Source: a virus
Taxonomy: Duplodnaviria; Heunggongvirae; Uroviricota; Caudoviricetes
Direction: 5' to 3' (one strand)
DNA length: 42,924 nt
IMG/VR virus record: IMGVR_UViG_3300042549_003167
Each line of letters starts with the position of its first letter. Within the stretch, counting starts at the first letter, position 1. Under the pieces are notes generated by a model. It was not told the DNA's origin. It searched no databases and saw nothing but the letters and a program-made list of their open reading frames with translations. The translations under genes and the position numbers were made by a program. Positions 25,601-33,734 of the stretch are shown here, piece after piece.

Positions 25601-27205
25601 GAAGTTATTAGCGTCATAAACCACAATGATAGATTGAGCTACTGTATATGCTAATTGAGTACCTACAGTTATTGTTCCTGCATTACCCAATGTAAATGTT
25701 GTTGTTGATGTTGTGGCATATCTGTCACCTGAAAGACCTGCTGTTCCACTAGATCCTGAAGTTCCACTTGATCCATCTGTACCAGCTGTACCAGACGATC
25801 CACTTGTTCCAGAGCTAGCTGATGTTCCTGATGATCCATCAGTACCAGTAGTTCCACTCGTACCACTTGATGCACTTGTTCCAGAAGAACCATCTGTTCC
25901 ACTAGTGCCACTAGAGGCTGATGTTCCTGAAGAGCCAGCTGTTCCATTTGTACCACTTGTTCCAGATGATCCGTCTGTACCTGAACTACCATCAGTGCCA
26001 CTAGAGCCATCTGTTCCAGATGTACCACTAGTTCCTGAAGAAGCACTTGTACCACTAGTTGCTGATGTACCTGAGCTACCACTAGTTGCAGATGTTCCAC
26101 TAGAACCTGATGTTCCAGAAGAAGCTGATGTACCAGATGAACCATCAGTTCCACTAGATCCACTTGATCCACTAGATGCTGAGGTTCCACTTGACCCACT
26201 TGTACCTGATCCACCAGATGTTCCAGAAGAGCCAGATGTACCAGCATCTCCTGATGTTCCACTTGACGCAGAGGTTCCACTAGTTCCTGAAGAACCAGCA
26301 GTTCCAGATGAGCCAGATGTTCCACTAGAGCCACTAGCCCCTGCTGAGCTTTTAAGTAGGGCTACAGAGGGGCTAATTTTTATGTATACAGGAAGTATTC
26401 CTGTTAAAGGTTGTATGTCTGTTAAGTTTCCAGGTGCTGCTGGATCGAAGTATAATATATCTCCAACACTACCAACAGTGATGTTTAAATCATTCACTAT
26501 TCTTCCTAAAGGTCTAACTCTTAGATTTCCTTGTTCTGGTGTATTAACAGATGTCACTATACCAGCAATGCTCATTAAATCATTTTCTGTAGTTCCTGTT
26601 ACTTTGACAAACTGCCCACTAGAATTTATCTTAACAAAGTCTCCTTCATTGAAGGCTGCGTAAATAGTTGAATTAATGTCTAAAGAAAAGAAGTCTGTAA
26701 GATAGTTTCTGAAGCGAAATCTACCAGTGATGTCATTGAACCAGTTGGTTAAATCTCCTATTTGAGATCTAATCTGTTCTGTTGGTGTGATGATGGGAAG
26801 ACCATCCAAGCCTATATTAAAGAACAATCCTGTAAAACCTTCCACAGGAAAGTTATTACCCATTCCTGAGTTGTCTGTAACAAGATTGTAAAGATCAACA
26901 TCCTCAATAACAATAGTGCATGATGTCCCTGCTGGGTTTACGCTTGTTATAGATTGAATTCTATAAGCGTAACCATTAGGAAGACCAAACCACATTCCTG
27001 CTACTAAGTTGCTAGCATTATAAAGAAGTTGGGGGGTTGTATCGTAAGAGCTGGTTTCTTGGGGTAGTACTGTAAGAGTACAAGTAAAAATAAATGGAGA
27101 GCCATCCCAAGGGGACAACGCATTACTATACGTAGAAGTTGTGCTTGTAGACCCAAAGTTGATACTTGCAGGAATACAAATTGGTGGGGTTATTAAACTC
27201 GCCAT
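22610..27205 (-). CDS. Long tail fibre/appendage protein with Gly-Ser/Thr stalks (1531 aa)
   Basis: Two long (G-S/T-X)n tracts, two FTATAxQTTFTV modules, GNVGIGT repeats, C-terminal SKSFLIPHP...ESPQADLIYRG domain. Confidence 0.85.
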   Translation of the reverse strand: MASLITPPICIPASINFGSTSTTSTYSNALSPWDGSPFIFTCTLTVLPQETSSYDTTPQLLYNASNLVAGMWFGLPNGYAYRIQSITSVNPAGTSCTIVIEDVDLYNLVTDNSGMGNNFPVEGFTGLFFNIGLDGLPIITPTEQIRSQIGDLTNWFNDITGRFRFRNYLTDFFSLDINSTIYAAFNEGDFVKINSSGQFVKVTGTTENDLMSIAGIVTSVNTPEQGNLRVRPLGRIVNDLNITVGSVGDILYFDPAAPGNLTDIQPLTGILPVYIKISPSVALLKSSAGASGSSGTSGSSGTAGSSGTSGTSASSGTSGDAGTSGSSGTSGGSGTSGSSGTSASSGSSGSSGTDGSSGTSASSGTSGSSGTSATSGSSGTSATSGTSASSGTSGTSGTDGSSGTDGSSGTDGSSGTSGTNGTAGSSGTSASSGTSGTDGSSGTSASSGTSGTTGTDGSSGTSASSGTSGSSGTAGTDGSSGTSGSSGTAGLSGDRYATTSTTTFTLGNAGTITVGTQLAYTVAQSIIVVYDANNFQECEVTAYNPATGSLSFAAPTRTVGSGTYSAWSVNLDGASGGDGSSGTSGSSGSSATSGTNGSSGTDGSSGTDGSSGTSGSSGTSASSGTSASSGTSGTDGSSGTDGSSGTSGSSGTSASSGTSASSGTSGTSGTDGSSGTSATSGTSGTSGSSGTSATAGTSGTAGSDGSSGTSATSGTSGSSGTSATSGSSGATGTSGSSGTAGGTGTAGSSGTSGTSGSSGSSGSSGFASSSARSVEVFTATASQTTFTVTNGYNLGMIDVFVNGVKFVNGVDYTATDGTTVVMTAPLAAGNIVEIDNYLTAFLPTNALRTITTFTATAAQTTFTVTYTQGLIDVFYNGSNLAQSEYTATNGTSIILATACQLNDIVVVYAYSYSVGAYSGIGGSGTSGYHAKFTGTNTIGNGLIYDDGTSLFIGNGQSSATPQTAIIEGTDGSGTNIAGAEFRIQGGQGTGTGVGGDLTFYTAPVGTAGSSLNTAVERMRITTAGNVGIGTTNATSPLSIYYPSTSADVNYIKMEMPSWGGSANYKKNIIWHDSGNVVGAIGMSFTSPYTYMDFHSFYNSAHTTSTIMRIQGNGLIGIGTTAPSFRLSFGGDTATTIGMNQSTLGSAPALTLKGADSTTGTNNEGGAVYISAGLGTGNGATSNIIFSTAPSVGSGSTRQTLVEAARINSSGQFGVGVSPSQKFQVYNSANGTSAAFGGTAYGVRIDNGGTFSSGRSTIFGVNNTFFGSYQPIAIGGSEIYLSIAGTDKVKIDSSGNTTTYGTLILGSSGFVGNIQWGTSGYGTSDYNAGNGKFSWQSSAGATAGTIYYSFNADGFGARMTIANNGNVVVAGAFSASSKSFLIPHPLSNLKETHNLRHTSVESPQADLIYRGKLTLVNGKAQANIDEISTMTDGTFEALCREVQCFTTNESGWDLVKGKVIGNIIYIESQNANSTDEISWMVIGERKDEFIMDTDITDENGKVIVEPLKPIEPTETTEPAEPAETIEPIVEQI
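22624..22685 (-). repeat. Short 9-bp tandem repeats encoding an EP(T/A) tail
   Basis: PIEPTETTEPAEPAETIEPIVEQI at the C-terminus. Confidence 0.6.
24911..25480 (-). repeat. Gly-Ser/Thr-X coding repeat tract 2 of the 1531-aa fibre (about 190 aa)
   Basis: SSG/TSG/TDG/TSA triplets. Confidence 0.95.
25736..26342 (-). repeat. Gly-Ser/Thr-X coding repeat tract 1 of the 1531-aa fibre (about 200 aa)
   Basis: SSG/TSG/TDG/TSA triplets. Confidence 0.95.
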
Positions 27206-27213
27206 GTTTCATT

Positions 27214-28575
27214 TTAAACTTTTGCTAAGAAATAAAGAGTCAGTGTGGAACTACCTGTTGAACTATATCCTGCATTTGTAGGATTCAAACTGTAGAAAGT
27301 CATTCCTGTATATGTGCTATTTTGGAACATTGAATAGTTACCTGTGGTATTTCCTACAAAAGTTCTTGTAAGCACTACAGTGTTATTTACACCACTTGTG
27401 TAAGCACCCACAATAACATTTCCTAATGGTTGTGTGATATCAAATATTGTTGCAGAAGTAACAGTGAATGCCCATCCTGGAGCACCAATCAAATTAGCTC
27501 CATTAGGATCTGTAGCACTAGCTACAGTAGATAACAATCCATTACTAGTATTAATTACAATAGTGTACACTTCTAATGTTCCTATTGCTGTAGCACCAGA
27601 CGTACCAGATGATCCTGTTCCACCACTAGTACCTGTTGTACCAGCAGTTCCACTTGAACCATCAGTTCCAGTTGTACCAGCAGTACCACTAGACGCACTT
27701 GTACCAGCAGTTCCACTTGTACCTGCTGTTCCACTAGAGCCAGATGTGCCAGACGTACCACTTGATCCATCAGTACCATTGGTTCCACTAGAACCACTTG
27801 TTGCAGATGACCCACTAGTACCACTTGAACCATTGGTTCCAGAACTTCCTGAAGTACCTGAGCTACCGTCACCACCACTTGCACCATCTAGATTAATAAC
27901 CCAAGAGCTATATGTTCCAGATCCTACAGTGCGTGTAGGAGCAGCAAATACTAACAATCCTGTAATACTATCATAACTTACCACTTCACATTCTTGGAAG
28001 TTATTAACGTTATATGTAATGATGATAGACTGTACAGGAGTGTATGCAAGTCCTGTTCCTACAGTCATACTTCCACTATTACCTAATGTAAAAGAGTTAG
28101 TTGATGTTGTTCTATATCTATCTCCTGAAAGACCACTAGATCCACTAGAGCCACTAGAAGCAGCTGTACCAGCTGTACCTGTAAGACCACTAGAGCCTGA
28201 TGTACCTGCAGAACCACTTGTTCCTGTAGAACCAGAAGTTCCACTTGTACCCTTTACACCACTAGAACCAGAGCTTCCTGATGTGCCACTAGTACCAGAC
28301 CTACCACTAGATCCACTTGTACCACTAGCACCTGATGTGCCAGCAGTTCCAGATCTACCACTAGAGCCACTAGATCCTGAAGTTCCACTAGCACCAGATG
28401 TACCAGAAGAACCAAACAAACCTGCACCACATACAGCAGCATCAAGTTTCTCAATAATTGTTTCGAGATTGTCGTTGGTATTAATACCAGAGCATATTAA
28501 GTTAGGGCCTTCGTAGAATACGCAGGTCGAATCCAATATAACTGGACAAGGGGTTGCAGAGCAAGTAACGTTCAT
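27214..28575 (-). CDS. Virion fibre/collar protein with Gly-Ser/Thr stalks (453 aa)
   Basis: Cys-rich N-terminus CVFYEGPNLICSGINTNDNLETIIEKLD (type recalled from crAss-like fibre proteins), two GS/T tracts, module shared with the 1531-aa protein. Confidence 0.8.
   Translation of the reverse strand: MNVTCSATPCPVILDSTCVFYEGPNLICSGINTNDNLETIIEKLDAAVCGAGLFGSSGTSGASGTSGSSGSSGRSGTAGTSGASGTSGSSGRSGTSGTSGSSGSSGVKGTSGTSGSTGTSGSAGTSGSSGLTGTAGTAASSGSSGSSGLSGDRYRTTSTNSFTLGNSGSMTVGTGLAYTPVQSIIITYNVNNFQECEVVSYDSITGLLVFAAPTRTVGSGTYSSWVINLDGASGGDGSSGTSGSSGTNGSSGTSGSSATSGSSGTNGTDGSSGTSGTSGSSGTAGTSGTAGTSASSGTAGTTGTDGSSGTAGTTGTSGGTGSSGTSGATAIGTLEVYTIVINTSNGLLSTVASATDPNGANLIGAPGWAFTVTSATIFDITQPLGNVIVGAYTSGVNNTVVLTRTFVGNTTGNYSMFQNSTYTGMTFYSLNPTNAGYSSTGSSTLTLYFLAKV
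27594..27876 (-). repeat. Gly-Ser/Thr-X tract 2 of the 453-aa protein (about 94 aa)
   Basis: Triplet repeats. Confidence 0.95.
28132..28413 (-). repeat. Gly-Ser/Thr-X tract 1 of the 453-aa protein (about 94 aa)
   Basis: Triplet repeats. Confidence 0.95.
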
Positions 28576-28651
28576 AGTGATAATGTGTTATGTGTAATCT
28601 ATTGATATACAAAGAAGTGCATCAAACTTATAGAATGTGCACTAATTGTAG

Positions 28652-28675
28652 CAAAAATAGTGAATTTAATTTATT
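28652..28675 (-). promoter_or_regulatory. TAnnTTTG promoter for the fibre operon
   Basis: Minus strand AATAAATTAAATTCAC-TATTTTTG in the only large intergenic gap upstream of 28575. Confidence 0.55.
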
Positions 28676-28727
28676 TTCAATGAGTTATAAAAATTATTCC
28701 TACATAATATAGCAATAACTATACTGT

Positions 28728-31700
28728 TTATTTACCAAATGGTTTAGCTTCAGATTGTGCTTTCATGCCAAGGTCTTTAGCTACATCTGGATAGAACATT
28801 AATAATATTGCATCCACCTGTGAAGCTATGGGGAATCCTTTTAATGCATACTTAATCACTTGGTTTTTCTTGGCTAGCTCTTCATCCCCTACACCTAGAG
28901 CATACATTTCTGTACCAAAGTTTAGGAATAGCTTCTTGAAGTTATCTAAGTAACTTATTGCTGGGAAGATACCTGATGTGGTTAGGCTTAAGAATGATGT
29001 TGGATTGTAGAAATAAGCAACCTCATCTCTAATCTTATCCATCACTCTAAGCATATACTTATATCTATTCTTTGTGGCTTTGTCATCATCATCATCATCT
29101 GGCTGTGCAACTTTAGCTCCTATGATTAATGTAGACAATGCAAGATAGAACATGAAATCTGTCATTTGATTACGTATGTTACTACTAACCAATTCTACAA
29201 ACTCACCTTCTGTCATCCTTAGTTCTTTACCTGTATCTTTTTCATAGTCAGATCTTTTTGATTCATAAAGTCTCTTTATTTGATCGACAAACTTTTGGTC
29301 ATCTCCTTTTATAGAACTCATTAAGCTATCAACAGAACCCATAAAGTCTTCTGTTAGAAGTCTGAACATGTTTCTAGTTCTACCCCACTCATAAGCTTCT
29401 GTAGCTGAGTTATATTTTAAGTTACCAAATCTTACATCTACAAGTCTTGGTATCCAGTTCTTGAACACCATGAATGACTTACCATATATATTTAAGTTAA
29501 TCTTTCTAAGGTCATCCTCAGATAGATTACCTAATGCATCCTTAGTGATAGCCTGTACCTTTCTTCTAAGTTCAATCACACTATCAGACTTTCTATCTAA
29601 GCCATCCACTACAAGCTCATTACCTTCAACTCTAGCTAGTTTTAAAAAGCCTTTCTCATCAATTAATCTCTTTACTTCTGTATCAAACTTTTCTTTTAAT
29701 TGACTTCTTTCTTCAGCTGTACCTGTAAACATATTAGCAAACTCTGGCTGTTTCTTAAGATATTCTCTTACATTAAACACCTTACCATCTTCTACAATAG
29801 AGTTCTCTAGATAACTAAAGAAGTTAATAGACTGCACATATTGATCTCCAGTTCTCATCAAAATCATTAAGAAGTCTTGTATTCCTTCTTGACTAAACTT
29901 ACTAACAGATAATTGCTTAGCAAGAATGTTGTTGTAGTTTTCTGTCAAAGGTTGAAAGTATTGAAGAGCTCCAACATATTTCTTAGAGTCTATTCCATTC
30001 ATCTTTTGAGCCATCATAAACTCATTACGTACAAAGTCTGCCTTTGTGAAGAATTTACCAGCATTGATATAACTTTGGAAGCTACCTCCCAAGAAGTTTG
30101 ATAATGCTGAGATAGGATTTAATCCTAATGTCTTCATTTGGAATACAGTATTTAACTGTGTGATTGTCTTGTTCAAAGATATCTGAGCATCATCATAGTC
30201 TTCAGTAAATATCTTTCTACCTAATACTTTGTTTGCTCTCTTACCAAAGTTTGCTATACCTCCTAATAACTGATCAAAGTTTTCACTCTCTACATACTTC
30301 TGACCATATACAATAGCTGCCATCATGTCTCTTACAAGCTTAGTGTTGTCAGAGTTGTCTGATGTAGTTTCAAGTGTACCATCAGGTCTATATTTAGTTT
30401 TACCAAAGTAGGATGTCTTTATGGCTTCTTTGTTTGACTCAACCTTAATAATTACATTTAACTGGTGCTCAATGTTACTTAAATACTCATAACGAATGGC
30501 CATGTTATTTAACAGAGTCATGTTTCTGAACAAGTCTTCACTTGCTTCTTCTACAGTTTCTCTAGTGAAATATTTAGGAATAGAATATACTGGCTCTTTA
30601 GTAATAGGATCTATCTCACCATAACCTACGTCTCCTTCTGTGATAGTTATGTTTCTTAACAAAGACTCACCAAGTTTATACTCACCACCCATTACAATCT
30701 TCTCTGTAAGACTCTTTCTTACAAATGGTAAAAACACCCTAGCATCTCTACTATTAATATATTTGATTCCCACTAGATATTCATTTCTACCTTTAATATA
30801 ATCAAAGAACTCTTTAGCAGGTTTGTTCTCTGGTTTGTTAAGTTCTTTCCATGCTTCAGACTCCCATCTCTCCGCCTTGGGAAACTTACTAACAAACTCA
30901 TACAATAACCAACCAGGAGAATCAGTTGTTGATGTATTGTATAAAGCATTAACATCAGCAACCTCTCTCTTCTTCTCTTTGTTTATACTTTCTTCATCAC
31001 CAAATCTAGGTTTATCTTCTATTCTCTTAAATTCTTTTTCCTTCTGTTCTTTTAAGAATTCATTATACTTTGATACATCAATGTTATCTCTAACCCATTG
31101 TGTATCTTTCTCAGCAATCTTACTCTTCAAAGTTTCGTAGAACTCAGAACTAAACTCATTTATTAATTCATTCTTGTTCTTCTTCTTGATAATATCAAAG
31201 TAGTTTTTGTTTGTAAGCCCCTTAGACTTAGCCCACTTATCATACTTCTCTTTAATAGCTAAAAGTTTGTTTCCTTGTTCTGACGTTTCAATAGACGCAA
31301 GACCAAAGGCTCTGTTAGCCATCTTATATAAAATCTCAGCAGACTTAAGCTGTATTACAGACGTAGAGTTAAATAACTTACTAAATCCTTTAATAACCTT
31401 CTCAGGTTTTAATAAGTCCATAACGTTTACATCTTTTGCAATAACATTCTCAGCAAAGTCTTTTCTTACTTCTTCAAGATCTGCTTCTAACTCATTTGCA
31501 CTTTCTGCAGTGTCTCTAATGTCTTGCCACAATGCTTGATCTTTCTCAGACAAGTCTTTCTTGAACAAAGACTTTAAGTCTGTTGCCAAAGATGTATAAA
31601 CCATCAGAGAGGTTTCATAAGATAGGATTCTATCAGATAGGTCATTCTTTTGTTTATCTGTAAATGCTCCTGGATCTTTACCTTTCCACTCATTATTATA

Positions 31701-33734
31701 TGTATCTATAACTCTTTGAACGTCAGCATTTAATAACTTAGCCTGTCTAATAAGGGGCTCAACATTCTCTCTCATTTGTAATTGTCTAATAGACTCATAC
31801 AATGAGTTTAATAATTCAGCTTTACTTCTTTTCTCTTCAGGACTAGCTTTCTTAGAAGATATAGTGTCATATATCTTATTAAGCTTTTCAATCAACGTAT
31901 CTAGTTTCTTATTACTAGTCTTTTCAGTTTCTAAACCTACAGGTAGTAAGTATGCTAGTTCTTCTTTGTTTAAGTTTACATCTCCTATCTGAACACCTGT
32001 CAACTGTGGTAGCACTCCTTCTTTAGGAATAGCTCCAGAATAAATTGCTCTGATAGGAATCATTCTTGTTTGTTCAAAGTCTTCTGGCTTAACACCATAC
32101 CCCTTTTCTATAATAGACTTGTATTGTTTCATTTGTTGTCTCCAAGCACTTACCTTATACCAAGGAACATCTTTATATCTTTGAACATTAAGGTCCATAA
32201 ACTTCCAGTCTAAAATGCTTACCTTTCCTTCAGGAGTAACAGCAATAAAGTCTATAGTACCAGCTACATCACGTGATGCATTATATACAGTCATCTCAGC
32301 AAGAAACTTTGTATTAGCAGGGAATGTTTCCAAACGAGCTGCCATGTTTCTTTTAAGAATATTATACATATCCTTGTTCTTAGGATTCAACTGAGATATA
32401 TATCCATTATCATCAGGTCTTTCATTCTCAGGTATTAATGTACCATCTTCATTTAAGAAATAGTTCTTAAGCATGTGCTCTATATCAGCATGTCCTGCTG
32501 TACCTTTTTCTTTCTTAAGATCATCTACAGCTTGGTCATACTCAGACTTAGTCAAATCTTTGTTAGCAAATCTTGTGCTGTACCAATCTTTAACAAAGTC
32601 AGTAACTCTTCTTTTGATTCTGTTACCATTAATCATATAACCAGTGTCATCTTTTGTAATTTGATTACTAGTTAATTTTAACTTATCAATTATAAGTTGT
32701 TGAGTGTTAACGTTTTGTTGGAAGAATATTCCTTCTTTGTTTCTAATATCATCAGCAGTGCCAATCTCTTCACCAGATAAAACCATCATTGCTGCTTGGT
32801 CAAATCCAGACTTAACAAATAATCCTTTTATAAAGTCAACTATTGTATTCCACCAACCTTCCACCTTAGCTAATAGCTCAGGCTTCTCTGTAGAACCTTC
32901 ATTCTTTCTAATGATAGTTTCAGCTAATATTTTACCAATAGCCTCCACCTTTAACTTTCTGATGTTAGGTTTGCCATCAGCAGTTTGATATTGTTTGTAC
33001 TTACCATATGTAGCTAAGACATCAGAATACATTTTGTATCCATTGATTTCTCCTAGTAATCTATTAAATAACTGAGGATTCTTTTGCTCTAATATTTCTA
33101 CAACAAAGTGCATAGCTTCTTCTGTAAGGGCTACATTCTCTTTACCTTCTACCACTTGTACAAGTTTCTGTACAATGTTTGCAACACCATTTACATCTTG
33201 CTTAACACCATCCACTTCTATAGCTTGTAGTGTTTTAATATCTACACCTATTCTATTTAACAAATCTTTAACAAGACTTACAGTTTGAGGAGCTGCTTTA
33301 GAAGCAGGTATCTCTCCTGTTTGTAATAACACTGTGCTATCTCCATCAGAGTTAACACCAAATGTAGTATCGTTCTCAAGATCTAATCTGTTAGCCTCAG
33401 GTATTTCAAGATCTAATTCAGCCAAAGCTTGTTCAAGCTCAGCTGCATCTTTTGCATTTAATGCATCCAACTGCTTAACTGTAGGAGCAATAATTACTCC
33501 CACCTTATCTGAATATTGTTTAGGATAGAATACCTTTCCTAGGGCAATTTCAGAATTGATTGCTTTGTTAAGAGTGTCTGCTACAGAACGAGATACTCCA
33601 TAGAAGTTGTTAGAATTAACTTTCTCCTTAGGAGAGGTTCTAACTTCTATAAAATCCTTACCATCAAATCTTAAGTAAGGCTTGTTCTGTACATATTTCT
33701 CAACTGCAGTTTTTATACCTGTTTGACAACTCAT
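28728..33734 (-). CDS. Giant virion/ejection protein with degenerate zincin-like and PD-(D/E)xK nuclease domains (1668 aa)
   Basis: EEAMH at 33108-33122; GTAGH...AEMTV...GTIDF...ILDWK at about 32200-32500; long helical remainder; coupled to the RNAP gene. Confidence 0.75.
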   Translation of the reverse strand: MSCQTGIKTAVEKYVQNKPYLRFDGKDFIEVRTSPKEKVNSNNFYGVSRSVADTLNKAINSEIALGKVFYPKQYSDKVGVIIAPTVKQLDALNAKDAAELEQALAELDLEIPEANRLDLENDTTFGVNSDGDSTVLLQTGEIPASKAAPQTVSLVKDLLNRIGVDIKTLQAIEVDGVKQDVNGVANIVQKLVQVVEGKENVALTEEAMHFVVEILEQKNPQLFNRLLGEINGYKMYSDVLATYGKYKQYQTADGKPNIRKLKVEAIGKILAETIIRKNEGSTEKPELLAKVEGWWNTIVDFIKGLFVKSGFDQAAMMVLSGEEIGTADDIRNKEGIFFQQNVNTQQLIIDKLKLTSNQITKDDTGYMINGNRIKRRVTDFVKDWYSTRFANKDLTKSEYDQAVDDLKKEKGTAGHADIEHMLKNYFLNEDGTLIPENERPDDNGYISQLNPKNKDMYNILKRNMAARLETFPANTKFLAEMTVYNASRDVAGTIDFIAVTPEGKVSILDWKFMDLNVQRYKDVPWYKVSAWRQQMKQYKSIIEKGYGVKPEDFEQTRMIPIRAIYSGAIPKEGVLPQLTGVQIGDVNLNKEELAYLLPVGLETEKTSNKKLDTLIEKLNKIYDTISSKKASPEEKRSKAELLNSLYESIRQLQMRENVEPLIRQAKLLNADVQRVIDTYNNEWKGKDPGAFTDKQKNDLSDRILSYETSLMVYTSLATDLKSLFKKDLSEKDQALWQDIRDTAESANELEADLEEVRKDFAENVIAKDVNVMDLLKPEKVIKGFSKLFNSTSVIQLKSAEILYKMANRAFGLASIETSEQGNKLLAIKEKYDKWAKSKGLTNKNYFDIIKKKNKNELINEFSSEFYETLKSKIAEKDTQWVRDNIDVSKYNEFLKEQKEKEFKRIEDKPRFGDEESINKEKKREVADVNALYNTSTTDSPGWLLYEFVSKFPKAERWESEAWKELNKPENKPAKEFFDYIKGRNEYLVGIKYINSRDARVFLPFVRKSLTEKIVMGGEYKLGESLLRNITITEGDVGYGEIDPITKEPVYSIPKYFTRETVEEASEDLFRNMTLLNNMAIRYEYLSNIEHQLNVIIKVESNKEAIKTSYFGKTKYRPDGTLETTSDNSDNTKLVRDMMAAIVYGQKYVESENFDQLLGGIANFGKRANKVLGRKIFTEDYDDAQISLNKTITQLNTVFQMKTLGLNPISALSNFLGGSFQSYINAGKFFTKADFVRNEFMMAQKMNGIDSKKYVGALQYFQPLTENYNNILAKQLSVSKFSQEGIQDFLMILMRTGDQYVQSINFFSYLENSIVEDGKVFNVREYLKKQPEFANMFTGTAEERSQLKEKFDTEVKRLIDEKGFLKLARVEGNELVVDGLDRKSDSVIELRRKVQAITKDALGNLSEDDLRKINLNIYGKSFMVFKNWIPRLVDVRFGNLKYNSATEAYEWGRTRNMFRLLTEDFMGSVDSLMSSIKGDDQKFVDQIKRLYESKRSDYEKDTGKELRMTEGEFVELVSSNIRNQMTDFMFYLALSTLIIGAKVAQPDDDDDDKATKNRYKYMLRVMDKIRDEVAYFYNPTSFLSLTTSGIFPAISYLDNFKKLFLNFGTEMYALGVGDEELAKKNQVIKYALKGFPIASQVDAILLMFYPDVAKDLGMKAQSEAKPFGK

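Noticed and set aside
24911-28413. CRISPR array
   Set aside because: Repeats are in-frame coding triplets with synonymous variation, not constant repeats with unique spacers
24841-28516. Long alternative-frame ORFs over the fibre genes (e.g. 24867..25517 +, 25713..26663 +, 25669..26334 -, 27434..27976 +, 28019..28516 +)
   Set aside because: Shadows of the GS/T repeats, whose codons lack stops in other frames; products are low-complexity P/V/L/D or V/L/Q strings with no leaders
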